Shown: piece by piece, positions 62,701 through 64,000 of the stretch | Layout of the letters: each line of letters begins with the position of its first letter | Position numbering within the stretch: the first letter of the stretch is position 1 | From: Raillietiella orientalis | Lineage: Eukaryota | DNA: 64,000 nt | Assembly: GCA_036172245.1 (NCBI GenBank) | Contig: JAYWIR010000062.1 | Span: forward strand, 186,001 to 250,000 | Reading direction: 5' to 3' | Notes under the pieces: model-generated | Seen by the model: only the letters and a program-made list of their open reading frames with translations | The model's database searches: none | Told to the model about the DNA's origin: nothing | Program-made: the position numbers and the translations under genes

Positions 62701-64000
62701 GGTTGCGCAGCTCCGCACCCGATGGGGTGGGGGTGAACCACCCGACTTGCTCAGCACCCCGCAGCGGAGACAGCGCCGAGCGGGTTGGCGGGCGCAGCGG
62801 ATGACCCCTCCTCCTCCACCCCCCGCCTGAGTGTTGAACGCCGCGCTTCCGACCGCCTCCGCGAGAGCGCTTGGCCTTATCGATCCGCTGTCACTATTTT
62901 GGTCACGGACCCGCTCCGAGGGAGGGGGTGAAGGAGGTCCCCCTCGTCGCATGCGGGGTTTTCCAGCATCCGGTGGGCGCAAGCCGGCGAGGGTGACGTC
63001 AGGATGGAGGGGGACATGGAGAGAGAGAGAGAGAGAGAGAGGAGGCCAAGAAGGGAGGGAGGGAGGAACGTTGAGGGAGTTACCGCCGACAGCGACGGAG
63101 CGCGCCAAGCGGCCATCCCTCCAACTACGCCGCCACGGCAGCAGCGGAGGCTCCCTGGACCGCGCCGCAACGGAGCGACCGCCACCCGCATCCGGTCGCG
63201 GATGAGCAGTCCCCTCCTGTCGCCGACCGCGGGAGCTCCGAAGACGGGGGCTGCAAGGGACGACCGGAGGATGCTGGGGGCGCGGACAGATGCAGCCGGG
63301 GTTCCTCGCATCGCGCGCGGCCTGCACCTCGGCTGTCGCGGGGCCACTGCGGACGGAGTCGCCTGGCAACGGGGTCTTTCCAGGGAAAACCTGATTTATC
63401 CCTGGGAGCAGATGAAACCTGATAATCTGATTTATTGGCAAAGAATCGAGGCAGCTTCCGGGACAAGCAGGAGTGGACTCGGGATAAATAATCGAGCTTC
63501 ATCCGGGAGCGGGTGAAGCTTCAGGGAGCATCTCGGAGGGGGAAAATCGGCGCCGATAGTAATTTATGGCGCTCCTCGTCCAAGCCGCTATGGACCACGC
63601 CGTGGACGGCGCAAAGTGTCGGCGCAGCGCGGTCGCGTTGGGGTAGCCGCGTGTGCATGCACGGACGGCCGACGGGGTTCACGAGGGGACGTGGCGCCCG
63701 CCGCTGGAGCCCGGGAGACGATGGAGAGACCCGTGCCGTCGCTTGGCTGTTCCCGCGGTGGAATCGCTCGACCTTGAGGGGCCGCGCGCGGATCGGCGGG
63801 AGGTTAGGGAAGACGAGGTTAGGGAGCTGACGCTTCACCGGCGAAACTCCAGGGTTTTCCTTGCTTCTTTTTTTTTTTTTTCCTCGCCTCCCCTCCCCCT
63901 CTCTCTCCCCCCATGGGCCCGTGGGAGAGGGCCAGCGAGGACGGAGACTGTGCAGGAGGCGGGGACGGTGAGGTGGCGGTCACCGAGCGCACGTTTGGCC

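Overview
Eukaryotic (animal, probably arthropod-like) genomic DNA. Almost all ORFs in the six-frame track are artefacts of high GC. Manual splicing at GT-AG sites with consistent phases gives four intron-containing genes: eIF4E2/4EHP (+, 16-1012), DNAAF1/LRRC50 (-, 15671-1104, 8 exons), SSDP/SSBP3 (-, 20454-16007, 15 exons) and the 3' 12 exons of an SLC4A11-like transporter (-, 59797-54551, 5' end not found in the window). The window is a sharp compositional mosaic. AT-rich, CpG-poor blocks with mostly short introns cover the two housekeeping genes (about 1-1930 and 14800-20600). Very GC/CpG-rich DNA fills most of the large DNAAF1 introns, most of the ~34 kb gap upstream of SSDP in which I found no gene, and SLC4A11. 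DNAAF1 is squeezed between its neighbours: its ATG is 335 nt past the SSDP stop on the same strand, and its stop is 91 nt from the convergent eIF4E2 stop. Repeats include a tRNA-headed SINE-like family with internal ~42-bp subrepeats (at least 4 copies), a decayed CR1-like LINE, two perfect intronic hairpins and many microsatellites. No prokaryotic system or CRISPR array is supported. All homology calls come from recalled family motifs, not database searches.
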